Shown piece by piece: positions 30,241 through 39,210 of a stretch of DNA of 64,000 nt. The stretch is taken from the NCBI GenBank assembly GCA_018830295.1, contig JAHJSM010000001.1, positions 386,203-450,202 of the forward strand, in the 5' to 3' direction. The DNA comes from Patescibacteria group bacterium (GTDB taxonomy: Bacteria; Patescibacteriota; Minisyncoccia; Portnoybacterales; UBA2143). Every line of letters begins with the position of its first letter. Position 1 is the stretch's first letter. The translations under genes and the position numbers were made by a program. The notes under the pieces are model-generated. The model did no database searches. It was given only the letters and a program-made list of their open reading frames with translations, and had not been told where the DNA came from.

Positions 30241-33200
30241 ATGGTTAAAAAAAATAATAACAATTCAAATTACCAAGCAAAAGACATTTATGTCTTAGAA
30301 GGGCTTGATCCCGTGCGGCGGCGTCCAGGGATGTATATCGGTTCAACTGGTATTGAAGGTGTTCATCACCTTATTTGGGAAGTGGTTGACAACGCTTTAG
30401 ATGAAGCGATGGCTGGTTTTTGCGACGAAATAGAGGTTGTTCTTTTACCTGATAATAGGGTCAAAGTAACGGACAATGGGCGAGGGATTCCAGTTGACAA
30501 GCATCCGCAGACGAAAAAGTCGGCCTTGGAAACAGTCATGTGCACTCTTCACGCGGGCGGCAAATTCGGCGGGGAGTCATATAAAATCGCAGGCGGGTTG
30601 CACGGAGTCGGTGTTTCAGTTGTGAACGCGCTTTCCGTGATGACGCGGGCGGAAGTTTGCCGCGATGGTTTTTTATATGTTCAGGAATATGAACGGGGCA
30701 AGCCCAAAAAAGATGTTAAAAAAGAAGGCAAATGCGGCAGAAACGGAACGACGATCATTTTTGAACCAGACAAAGAAATTTTTCCAAAAATTGAATTTAA
30801 GTGGTCTAAGATATTAAAGCGATTGCGGCAGCAGGCGTATTTAACCAAGGGGATTAAAATAGTCGTCAAAGACGAAAGAAAAGAGCCGCGCAAAAGTTAT
30901 TCTTTCTATTTTGAGGGCGGAATTGTTTCTTATATTGGATATTTAAATCGCGGCGAAGAAACAAAACATAGTAATATTTTTTATGTTTCCGCGGAAAAGC
31001 AGGATGTGATGGTAGAGGCGGCTTTTCAATACACAGACGATATTCAAGGATATGAAGAAAGTTTTGCTAATAATATTTATACGGGCGAGGGCGGAATGCA
31101 TTTAACTGGCTTCAAAACGGCTTTAACAAGAACGCTTAACGATTACGCGCGGAAGAATGGTTTTTTAAAAGAGTCAGATGAAAATTTAAGCGGCGATGAT
31201 GTGAGAGAAGGGCTGACGGCGGTGATAAGCGTTAAATTAAGAGAGCCGCAATTTGAAGGGCAGACCAAGGCGAAGTTGGGCAATACCGAGGCGCGGACGG
31301 CGACTGACGCGATTGTTTCAGACGCGTTGGAAGAATTTTTAGAAAAGCATCCCCAAGATGCAAAGGAGATTATGGCGAAATGTCTCTTGGCGGCAAAAGC
31401 GCGCCGAGCGGCTAAAGCGGCGCGAGAAACGGTCATCCGAAAGGGCGTTTTGGAAGGCATGGCTTTGCCAGGGAAATTAGCCGACTGCTCCAATCGCAAC
31501 CCCGAAGATTCAGAAATCTACATAGTGGAAGGCGATTCCGCCGGAGGTTGTTTCGACGGAAAAACCAAAATTGCTTTAACTGATGGACGAAATTTAGATT
31601 TTATAGAATTAATTAAGGAGCAGAAAAGAGGAGAAAAGAATTATTGTTATACAATCAAAAAAGATGGCTTGATTGGTATTGAGCAAATTAGAAATGTCAG
31701 AAAAACAAAAAAGAACGCGGAGGTTATTAAAGTAATTCTTGATAACAACGAGGAAATTATTTGCACGCCCGACCACAAGTTTATGACAAGGGATGGTAAA
31801 TACAAACAAATAAAAGATTTAACTAATAAAGATTCTTTAATGCCGCTTTACAGAAAACTTTCTAAAAAAGAGAAGCGAATTACTATTGAAGGATATGAAA
31901 TGGTTTTAAGCCCAGAATTAAAAGACGGAAAGGAAAGATGGATTTTTACCCATCTTTTGGCTGATGAATATAATTTAAGAAATAAAATATATTCCAATAA
32001 AATCAATGTTCATAAGCATCATATTGATTTTAATAAATTAAATAATAATCCAGATAACATTAAGCAGATGGATAAAGATGAACACCTAAAACATCATTGT
32101 CGGATGTTGGAATTTACTATTCATCGAGAGGATGTAAAAGATAAAGTAAGAAAGATACATCAAACGACAGAATTTAGAGAAAAAATTAGAGCGACGATGA
32201 CTACTCCAGAAATGAAAAAAATGCTTAGTCGGAGAGCAAAAAAACAATGGCAAAATAAGGAATATAAGCAGTATATGGTTGAAAAGTTTTTGGAGTTTTA
32301 TAACAATTCACCTGATTACAGGGAAAAGAATAATAAATTATTGAATGATGTTCAAAAGAAGTATTGGGGCGATAAATCAAATCGACTCAAACAGGCGAGA
32401 CGCGTCAGAAAATATTTTAAATCAAATCCAGAGAAAAAAGAAGAACTTTCTTTGCTTGCCAAAAAGCAATGGTTAGACGCGGAGATGTTAACTTGGCGAA
32501 GTCAAAAAACAAAAGAGCAATGGACGGATGAATTTAGAAAAAAGCGGCAAAAGGCGTATAGCAAGACCTATTATAGACACACGATAGAATTTCTAAAAAA
32601 GGTCTATGAGAAATATGGTTCTTTTCGTGAATATGATTACGAAAGAACATTGATTAGAAATAATAATCTTTTGAAGTTCAATACTTTTTGCGCTCGGTTT
32701 TTTAACGGCGACAAAGAAGCGGTTTATGAGGCGGTGAAAAACTATAATCATAAAATCAAAAGGATAATTAAACTTAGAAAAAAAATTGATGTTTATGATT
32801 TGGAGGTTAAAGGGACCCATAATTTTGCTTTGGCTTCCGGCGTTTTTGTCCATAACAGCGCCAAACAGGGGAGGGATAGGTCTTTTCAGGCGATTTTGCC
32901 TTTGCGAGGGAAAATTCTTAATGTGGAAAAGGCGCGGTTGAGTCGAGCGCTTACTTCAACTGAAATTAAAACGCTTGTGATCGCGCTGGGGGCGGCGATT
33001 GCCGAGGAATTTGATATTGAAAAATTGCGATACCACCGCATTATTATTATGACGGACGCCGATGTGGACGGCTCGCATATCGCCACTTTGCTTTTGACTT
33101 TGTTCTTCCGATATTTCCCGCAAATTATAGACCGCGGTTATTTGTATGTCGCTCAACCGCCCCTTTATCGCCTGCAGAAAGGAAAAAGGGTTGAATATTG

Positions 33201-33468
33201 CTATACAATTGAAGACAGAGATGAAATTGTTTCTTCAATGGGCAATGAGGGCGTTAATATCCAACGATACAAGGGTTTGGGAGAAATGAATCCAAGCCAA
33301 TTATGGGAAACAACGATGGATCCCGCCAATCGGGTTATGAAACAAATTATGGTTGAAGACGCCAAAGAAGCGGACAAGATTTTTGATATTCTAATGGGAG
33401 ATGAAGTCGCGCCCAGAAAGAAATTTATCCAAACCCACGCGAAGAAAGCGAAAAATTTGGATATTTAA
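30241..33468 (+). CDS. gyrB: DNA gyrase subunit B interrupted by an intein
   Basis: GHKL ATPase, transducer and TOPRIM domains. A 436-aa intein splits EGDSAGG | SAKQGRDR. Confidence 0.9.
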   Translation: MVKKNNNNSNYQAKDIYVLEGLDPVRRRPGMYIGSTGIEGVHHLIWEVVDNALDEAMAGFCDEIEVVLLPDNRVKVTDNGRGIPVDKHPQTKKSALETVMCTLHAGGKFGGESYKIAGGLHGVGVSVVNALSVMTRAEVCRDGFLYVQEYERGKPKKDVKKEGKCGRNGTTIIFEPDKEIFPKIEFKWSKILKRLRQQAYLTKGIKIVVKDERKEPRKSYSFYFEGGIVSYIGYLNRGEETKHSNIFYVSAEKQDVMVEAAFQYTDDIQGYEESFANNIYTGEGGMHLTGFKTALTRTLNDYARKNGFLKESDENLSGDDVREGLTAVISVKLREPQFEGQTKAKLGNTEARTATDAIVSDALEEFLEKHPQDAKEIMAKCLLAAKARRAAKAARETVIRKGVLEGMALPGKLADCSNRNPEDSEIYIVEGDSAGGCFDGKTKIALTDGRNLDFIELIKEQKRGEKNYCYTIKKDGLIGIEQIRNVRKTKKNAEVIKVILDNNEEIICTPDHKFMTRDGKYKQIKDLTNKDSLMPLYRKLSKKEKRITIEGYEMVLSPELKDGKERWIFTHLLADEYNLRNKIYSNKINVHKHHIDFNKLNNNPDNIKQMDKDEHLKHHCRMLEFTIHREDVKDKVRKIHQTTEFREKIRATMTTPEMKKMLSRRAKKQWQNKEYKQYMVEKFLEFYNNSPDYREKNNKLLNDVQKKYWGDKSNRLKQARRVRKYFKSNPEKKEELSLLAKKQWLDAEMLTWRSQKTKEQWTDEFRKKRQKAYSKTYYRHTIEFLKKVYEKYGSFREYDYERTLIRNNNLLKFNTFCARFFNGDKEAVYEAVKNYNHKIKRIIKLRKKIDVYDLEVKGTHNFALASGVFVHNSAKQGRDRSFQAILPLRGKILNVEKARLSRALTSTEIKTLVIALGAAIAEEFDIEKLRYHRIIIMTDADVDGSHIATLLLTLFFRYFPQIIDRGYLYVAQPPLYRLQKGKRVEYCYTIEDRDEIVSSMGNEGVNIQRYKGLGEMNPSQLWETTMDPANRVMKQIMVEDAKEADKIFDILMGDEVAPRKKFIQTHAKKAKNLDI
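31549..32856 (+). mobile_element. GyrB intein with an HNH-type homing endonuclease
   Basis: Starts CFDGKTKIALTDG and ends …FVHN, followed by S+1. Internal HKHHIDFNKLNNNPDNIKQMDKDEHLKHH (HNH motif). Confidence 0.8.
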
Positions 33469-33477
33469 CAATAGAAT

Positions 33478-33492
33478 TAAAGGTCAGACCTT
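33478..33492. repeat. AAAGGTCAGACCTTT palindrome downstream of gyrB
   Basis: Same 15-bp palindrome as in the dnaE/ligA intergenic region. Confidence 0.7.
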
Positions 33493-33515
33493 TAATTTCT
33501 TTTTTGGTTGTTTCC

Positions 33516-33544
33516 TTGACATTTTTGAATGATTAAACTAAGAT
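33516..33544 (+). promoter_or_regulatory. promoter (TTGACA-17-TAAGAT) for secE-nusG-rplK
   Basis: Near-consensus hexamers. Followed by a GGACAGTAAGTCC hairpin and a U-run in the leader. Confidence 0.5.
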
Positions 33545-33579
33545 ACGGACAGTAAGTCCCTTGGGGCTTTTTTAATACA

Positions 33580-33780
33580 ATGCAAATTAGCAAGATACCA
33601 GCAAAAGTGGCGGAATTTCTCAGTGAAGTTCGCCTTGAATTAAAAAAAGTGACTTGGCCGACGCGTCAGGAAACGATTAAATACACAACGGCTGTGATTG
33701 TTTTTAGTTTGGTTTTATCCGCTTTTTTAGGCGGATTGGACTTTTTATTCAGTTGGTTATTAAATAAGTTTGTAATTTAA
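33580..33780 (+). CDS. secE: preprotein translocase subunit SecE
   Basis: 66 aa with a single TM, in the conserved position before nusG. Confidence 0.8.
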   Translation: MQISKIPAKVAEFLSEVRLELKKVTWPTRQETIKYTTAVIVFSLVLSAFLGGLDFLFSWLLNKFVI

Positions 33781-33781
33781 T

Positions 33782-34324
33782 ATGGCAAAACAAATACAAC
33801 AAGGGAGAAATTGGTATGTTCTCCACACTTACGCTGGCTACGAGGAGGCGGTTGAGAGAAATCTAAAACAGCGGATTGAGTCAATGGGAATGGAAGATAG
33901 AATTTTTAATGTTTTGGTTCCTACGGAAAAGAAAATTAAAATTAAAGGTGGTAAGCGGTTTGTTTTTGAAGAAAAAATTTATCCGGGATATGTTTTAGTG
34001 GAAATGATTGTTACGGACGCTTCTTGGTATGTTGTTCGCAACACGCCGCGGGTGACGGGTTTTATCGGCGCGGGGACGATTCCGACCCCTATCTCGGAGG
34101 ATGAAATTAAGTCGCTTCAGAAGAGAATGGGCGTGGAAGAACCGAAGTATAAGATTAATGTCGCGGTTGGCGACGCAGTTAAAATTACCGATGGGCCGTT
34201 CAAGGAATTTGACGGAAAAATTTCAGAGATTGACGAGAAAAGAGGAAAGGTCAAAGTTCTTGTTTCAATGTTTGGTCGCGAGACGCCCGTAGAATTGGAC
34301 TTTTTACAGATTAAAAAATTATAA
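33782..34324 (+). CDS. nusG: transcription termination/antitermination factor NusG
   Basis: NGN and KOW domains (…GYVLVEM…, …[15 protein letters not shown]…). Confidence 0.9.
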   Translation: MAKQIQQGRNWYVLHTYAGYEEAVERNLKQRIESMGMEDRIFNVLVPTEKKIKIKGGKRFVFEEKIYPGYVLVEMIVTDASWYVVRNTPRVTGFIGAGTIPTPISEDEIKSLQKRMGVEEPKYKINVAVGDAVKITDGPFKEFDGKISEIDEKRGKVKVLVSMFGRETPVELDFLQIKKL

Positions 34325-34326
34325 TT

Positions 34327-34749
34327 ATGGCAAAAGCAATAAAAACAATTATTAAACTTCAAATTCCGGCCGGGCAAGCTAATCCGGCGCCTCCGGTTGG
34401 ACCGGCTTTAGGTCAGCATGGTTTGAATATTCAAGATTTTTGTCTTAAATTCAACGAAGCGACCAAAGAAATGGCGGGCGATATTATTCCTGTTGAAATA
34501 ACTGTCTATGAAGACAGGACTTATGATTTCAAGTTAAAAACTCCGCCTGCGTCTGATTTGCTCAAAAAGGCGGCTGGAGTCCAAAAGGGTTCGGGAGATC
34601 CTCTTAAAACTAAAGTTGGAAAAGTGACTAAAGAGCAAATCCGCGAAATCGCCGAAAAGAAAATGGTTGACCTTAACGCGTATTCCATCGAACAAGCCGA
34701 AAAAATTATAGAAGGCACAGCGAGAAGTATGGGAATAGAGGTGAAGTAA
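34327..34749 (+). CDS. rplK: 50S ribosomal protein L11
   Basis: [32 protein letters not shown]… canonical L11. Confidence 0.95.
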   Translation: MAKAIKTIIKLQIPAGQANPAPPVGPALGQHGLNIQDFCLKFNEATKEMAGDIIPVEITVYEDRTYDFKLKTPPASDLLKKAAGVQKGSGDPLKTKVGKVTKEQIREIAEKKMVDLNAYSIEQAEKIIEGTARSMGIEVK

Positions 34750-34756
34750 TGTCTTT

Positions 34757-34787
34757 GGGGACAGTCCCCGCAACGGGGACTGTCCCC
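34757..34787. repeat. type A palindromic element
   Basis: GGGGACAGTCCCCGCAACGGGGACTGTCCCC, between rplK and the dCMP deaminase gene. Confidence 0.9.
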
Positions 34788-34833
34788 AAATCATTTGTTT
34801 TTTAACAATTTAGGAAATAAGGAGGGAAATATA

Positions 34834-35433
34834 ATGGATAAAAGACCGAGTTGGGATGAAATATTTATGTTTCAAGCGATAAGTTGCGCTGTTCGCCACA
34901 GTTGCCTTAAAAGACCTATTGGAGCCGTCTTAATTAAAGACAGGCGAATTATTGGAACGGGATATAATGGAGCGGCGCCTGGGATTACTAGTTGTAGGGA
35001 GTTGGGTTATTGTTATTATGACAAATTAGCTTTTGAAGAAGTAAAAACTAATGGCGGCGATATAAAAAAAACCAGAGAAATTTTTAAAATTTACTGCCAA
35101 GCGGTTCACGCAGAAGTTAATTCGCTTAGTCGTTGCGCGAGAAATGAAGCGCAGGGATCAACACTCTTTATTACTAGTTATCCTTGTCCGAAATGCGTTC
35201 GAGATGTAGTTGTTGTTCACGGGATAAAAGAATTGCGAGTTTGGAAGGATTATCTTCAAAATCCACATTTAACTATTGATGAAAGAAGAGCAAGCGAACA
35301 TAAACTTCTTGAGACAGGCGTTTCCGTTAAGTTCATTAAATTAACAGAGGAAAGAATTATGGAGATATCTGTCTATATGGCAAAGCAAGTAGGCGAGAGA
35401 ACTGATTATAAATTCAAAGAAAAGGAGGTGTAG
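34834..35433 (+). CDS. dCMP (deoxycytidylate) deaminase, zinc-dependent
   Basis: HAEVN…PCPKC cytidine/dCMP deaminase zinc motifs. Strong GGAGG Shine-Dalgarno before the ATG at 34834. Confidence 0.8.
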   Translation: MDKRPSWDEIFMFQAISCAVRHSCLKRPIGAVLIKDRRIIGTGYNGAAPGITSCRELGYCYYDKLAFEEVKTNGGDIKKTREIFKIYCQAVHAEVNSLSRCARNEAQGSTLFITSYPCPKCVRDVVVVHGIKELRVWKDYLQNPHLTIDERRASEHKLLETGVSVKFIKLTEERIMEISVYMAKQVGERTDYKFKEKEV

Positions 35434-35436
35434 GAT

Positions 35437-36213
35437 ATGAATAGAGTTGCTTTTTTAGAAGCGACATCGCTGAATGACGCATGGTTTCAGGCGCTTAATA
35501 AAATTATGACAGAAGGAAGGAAGTATCTCATAACCAAAGGAAGTTACGAAGGTATCTATCGTTCCGGTCTTCCTATAGTTATTGACATTAAACATCCAGG
35601 TGTTAGACCATTGGCGCCGATTATGCCTGAAGGGTCAAATATACCTCCTCCGACAACACAAGATGATATAGAAGAATATTTGACATACCTCATGACTCCG
35701 GTTAAACAGCCAAATGAGCATTATACTTACGGAGAGGATTTACATTGGCAAATTGAGTGGGTGATACGGCATTTCAAGGAATGCGGCTATGGAAATAATC
35801 ATTGCTATATGACTGTTGGACGACCAGAAACACTGTATTTTTACGATTTAGGCGTTAATTATAACGAAAGTGTTTCTGTAAAAGAACGCGTCACAGGCGG
35901 GATTATTGAAGATTATCGAAGAAGCAATGAGTGGAATGGAAAAAGCAATCCCAGTTCTCAGTGTTTACGGGGAATTGATACATGGATTGATGATAATAAA
36001 CTTCATTTTTGGGTTTATTTTCGTTCATGGGACCACTGGGGCGGCTTTCCAGTTAATTTAGGAGGCATCCAATTACTTAAGGAATATATGTCTTCCGAAA
36101 TTGGCGTGGGTGACGGATGTATGGTTGTTTCTTCAAAAGACCTTCATGTTTATGAACATACATGGGTGGTGGCTTTAATGAGAATTGGAGGACTCGTCGG
36201 AAAGGAGGGATAA
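35437..36213 (+). CDS. divergent thymidylate-synthase-family protein (ThyA-like)
   Basis: ThyA-like C-terminal region (…QCLRGIDTW…YFRSWDHWGGFPVNL…, compare PCHAFFQFY…YQRSCDVFLGLPFN). The His that follows the catalytic Cys is not conserved. Confidence 0.55.
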   Translation: MNRVAFLEATSLNDAWFQALNKIMTEGRKYLITKGSYEGIYRSGLPIVIDIKHPGVRPLAPIMPEGSNIPPPTTQDDIEEYLTYLMTPVKQPNEHYTYGEDLHWQIEWVIRHFKECGYGNNHCYMTVGRPETLYFYDLGVNYNESVSVKERVTGGIIEDYRRSNEWNGKSNPSSQCLRGIDTWIDDNKLHFWVYFRSWDHWGGFPVNLGGIQLLKEYMSSEIGVGDGCMVVSSKDLHVYEHTWVVALMRIGGLVGKEG

Positions 36214-36214
36214 A

Positions 36215-36484
36215 ATGGAACAATGTTTACATTGCGCAGGTTACCTCTTTTTTAAACCATTGCCGGATGAAACTTTTGCTTGTTGTCAGAAACATGATGA
36301 AAATATAAAAGACATTAATCTGAAAACAGGAGCTAGTCCGGCTATTGAAAAGCATGGATTAAAAGGGGTTCTTTGCAAAAAGTTCAAGCCAGGAAAAAGT
36401 ATTTGTTGTACTTCCGAGGTGACTCCTTTTTTACTTCATCCAGCTAGAGTGGAAGGCGAAAAGGAATTATCAGCGTTAATGTGA
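36215..36484 (+). CDS. small Cys-rich hypothetical protein
   Basis: 89 aa with CxxC…CC…C…CC. Shine-Dalgarno AAAGGAGGG. A hairpin plus T-tract lies downstream. Confidence 0.4.
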   Translation: MEQCLHCAGYLFFKPLPDETFACCQKHDENIKDINLKTGASPAIEKHGLKGVLCKKFKPGKSICCTSEVTPFLLHPARVEGEKELSALM

Positions 36485-36649
36485 TTAGTAAAAAAAACAA
36501 AGTCCTATCGGGATTAAATCCTAATGGGGCTTTATTTTTTGGTAATTTTACTGTAATATCAAGAGTAGTGAAATTTATTTTACGCCTGGAGCACATTAGA
36601 TTAGCATAAAATAAAGCATGCTATTTTAATCGCGACAGTCGCAGTTTTT

Positions 36650-37189
36650 ATGATTTTAGGTATAGACAAATTACATAAATTAGTCAAAGACAAAAAGTTG
36701 GTGGAGGGTCTTTGCCAGCGCGAGTTGGAAAATCCAGAGGGCGCCGGTTTTGATTTGCGATTAGATGAAGTTTATGAAATTAGCGGAAAATCATTTTTAG
36801 GGATTGAAGAGAGAAAGACGCCTGATACAAAACTTTTAGCTAAATTTAATGAAGATAAAAAAACAAGTTTTGTTTTCAAACCTGGTAATTATTATTTAGT
36901 AAAAACAATTGAGAAAGTTAATACTCCAGATGACATATTAATACTTTTTCGTCCGCGAACAACTATTTTTCGTTCGGGGATGATGTTATTAACAGGCAAT
37001 GCTTCCCCTGGTTATTGTGGTGAATTAAATTTTGGTTTTGTTAATCTCGGTCCAGTTGATGTGGAAATTGAACTTGGGGCAAGAGTGGTACACGCTATGT
37101 TTTACAAAGTTGATGGCAAGACGCACTTATACCGTGGGCAATGGCAAGGAGGCAGGGTGACTACTGATAAAAAAGAAAAACAAGTTTAA
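36650..37189 (+). CDS. dCTP deaminase / dUTPase-family protein
   Basis: Homology to the Dcd jelly-roll region (…FRPRTTIFRSGMMLLTGNASPGYCGEL…). Confidence 0.7.
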   Translation: MILGIDKLHKLVKDKKLVEGLCQRELENPEGAGFDLRLDEVYEISGKSFLGIEERKTPDTKLLAKFNEDKKTSFVFKPGNYYLVKTIEKVNTPDDILILFRPRTTIFRSGMMLLTGNASPGYCGELNFGFVNLGPVDVEIELGARVVHAMFYKVDGKTHLYRGQWQGGRVTTDKKEKQV

Positions 37190-37206
37190 GTATTGTCGTT
37201 TTATAA

Positions 37207-38436
37207 ATGTTTATCAAAACAGATCCTAAAATTAGCAAGTTGATTGAATTGGAGTTTGCCCGTCATCAGGATGGGCTTAATTTGATTGCGGCGGATAATT
37301 ATGCCAGTCCGGCGGTAAGGAGGGCAGTGGGGAGTATTTTGAGCGCGCGATACGCGGAGGGTTATCCGAAAAAAAGATATTATTCGGGGCAGAGGTTCAT
37401 TGACCAAATTGAGGAAGCGGCTATTTCGCGCGCCAAAAAATTGTTCGGCGCGAATTTTGCTAATGTTCAGCCGCACTCCGGTTCGCAAGCGAATCAAGCG
37501 GTCTATTTCGCTTTGCTTAAGCCAGGAGACATAATTTTGTCTATGCGGATTGACCAAGGTGGGCATTTGTCGCATGGTTCGGAAGTTAATTTTTCTGGCC
37601 AATTATATAAGTGTGTTTTTTATGGCGTTGATAAAAAAAGCGGAAGAGTCGTATTTGAAGAAGTTGCGAAAATAGCGAGGAAAGAAAAGCCGAAACTAAT
37701 CATCGCCGGCGCTTCCAGTTATCCGCGGCAAATTGATTTTTCTAAATTCGGTGCGATCGCCAAAGAAGTTGGCGCTTATTTAATGGCTGATATCGCTCAC
37801 ATTGCTGGTTTAGTCGCGGCTGGGCTTCATCCGAGCCCTTTTCCGCATTGCGATCTTGCGACGATGACGACGCATAAAACCTTGCGGGGCGCGCGCGGGG
37901 GGATAATTCTTTCAAATAAAAAAGAAATCGCTGAAAAAATAGACAAAGCGGTTTTTCCCGGCCTGCAAGGCGGGCCCTTGCAAAACGAAATTGCAGGGAA
38001 AGCGGTCGCGCTTAAAGAGGCGGGGCAAAAAACTTTTATTAGTTATCAAAAACAGGTCTTAAAAAACAGCCAAACTATGGCCGAGACACTTTTGAGTGAA
38101 GGACTGGACTTGGTTACCGGCGGCACGGATAATCATTTGGTTTTGGTTGATTTGACGCGGCTTGGCGTTTCAGGGAAGAAAGTGCAAGAAGCGCTTGAAG
38201 AAGTAAACATCTATGTCAATCGCAATGCAATCCCTTATGATATTCGTTCAAAATGGGAAACATCAGGGATTAGAATTGGAACTCCCGCGGTGACGACTAA
38301 GGGATTGAAAGAAAAAGAAATTAAACAAGTCGGCGTTTGGATTGCTCAAATTATTAAAGATATTAATAGCAATAAAATTAGAAGAGAAATTAAAAAAGAA
38401 GTGATTAAAATGGCGAGACGGTTTCCAATTATGTAA
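37207..38436 (+). CDS. glyA: serine hydroxymethyltransferase
   Basis: PLP-lysine region TTHKTLRGARGG and overall SHMT homology. Confidence 0.95.
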   Translation: MFIKTDPKISKLIELEFARHQDGLNLIAADNYASPAVRRAVGSILSARYAEGYPKKRYYSGQRFIDQIEEAAISRAKKLFGANFANVQPHSGSQANQAVYFALLKPGDIILSMRIDQGGHLSHGSEVNFSGQLYKCVFYGVDKKSGRVVFEEVAKIARKEKPKLIIAGASSYPRQIDFSKFGAIAKEVGAYLMADIAHIAGLVAAGLHPSPFPHCDLATMTTHKTLRGARGGIILSNKKEIAEKIDKAVFPGLQGGPLQNEIAGKAVALKEAGQKTFISYQKQVLKNSQTMAETLLSEGLDLVTGGTDNHLVLVDLTRLGVSGKKVQEALEEVNIYVNRNAIPYDIRSKWETSGIRIGTPAVTTKGLKEKEIKQVGVWIAQIIKDINSNKIRREIKKEVIKMARRFPIM

Positions 38437-38441
38437 AAGCA

Positions 38442-39206
38442 ATGAAGATTATTGACGGAAAAAAAATAGCCGATAGTATTTTGGCTCGGCTTAAAAAAGA
38501 GATTGAGCGAAGAAGAATTAACCCCTGCTTGGCGGTTATTTTAGTTGGAGATAATCCATCTTCTGTTTTATATATCAAAGCGAAAGAAAAAGCGGCGGAG
38601 AAAATTGGGGTTAGAATTAAGAAGTTTTTTTTGCCAGCGAATTCATCTGAAAACGAAATTTTAGAAGTAATTAAAAAATTAAATAATAATTTGGAGATTA
38701 ATGGTATTTTAGTTCAAATGCCTTTGCCAAAAGGAATTAGCCCTGATAGAATTATTAAAGAGATTAGTCCTGAAAAAGATGTTGATGGGCTTCTGCCTAA
38801 AAGCGGATTTGATTCGCCTTTTATTCTCTCCATCTGGGAAGCGCTTCAAGCGACTAAAGAAAATTTGGAAAATAAAAAGATAATCGCTTTGGTTAATTCA
38901 GAAATTTTTGGCGAACGAATGAGCATGTTTTTTAAACAAAGAGAGATAGAAATAATGATTGGGGGGCTGCCCCCAAAATTAGAGGCGGATATTTTAATTA
39001 CCGCGCTTGGCAAACCAGGAGTTATTAAGGGAAATATGGTTAAGCAGGGAGTTATCTTAATAGACGGAGGAATTAGTCGAGTGGACGGGAGGACGGCGGG
39101 TGATATTGACGAGGAAAGCGTCAAGCAAAAAGCAAAATGGCTTTCGCCAGTTCCTGGCGGTTTGGGCCCGCTCACAGTCGCTTTTTTATTAAAAAATTTA
39201 ATTTAA
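38442..39206 (+). CDS. folD: methylenetetrahydrofolate dehydrogenase/cyclohydrolase (short form)
   Basis: FolD homology (…YIKAKEK…, …PVPGGLGPLTVA…). Contains a single GGGGGGCTGCCCCC half-repeat. Confidence 0.85.
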   Translation: MKIIDGKKIADSILARLKKEIERRRINPCLAVILVGDNPSSVLYIKAKEKAAEKIGVRIKKFFLPANSSENEILEVIKKLNNNLEINGILVQMPLPKGISPDRIIKEISPEKDVDGLLPKSGFDSPFILSIWEALQATKENLENKKIIALVNSEIFGERMSMFFKQREIEIMIGGLPPKLEADILITALGKPGVIKGNMVKQGVILIDGGISRVDGRTAGDIDEESVKQKAKWLSPVPGGLGPLTVAFLLKNLI

Positions 39207-39210
39207 ACTC

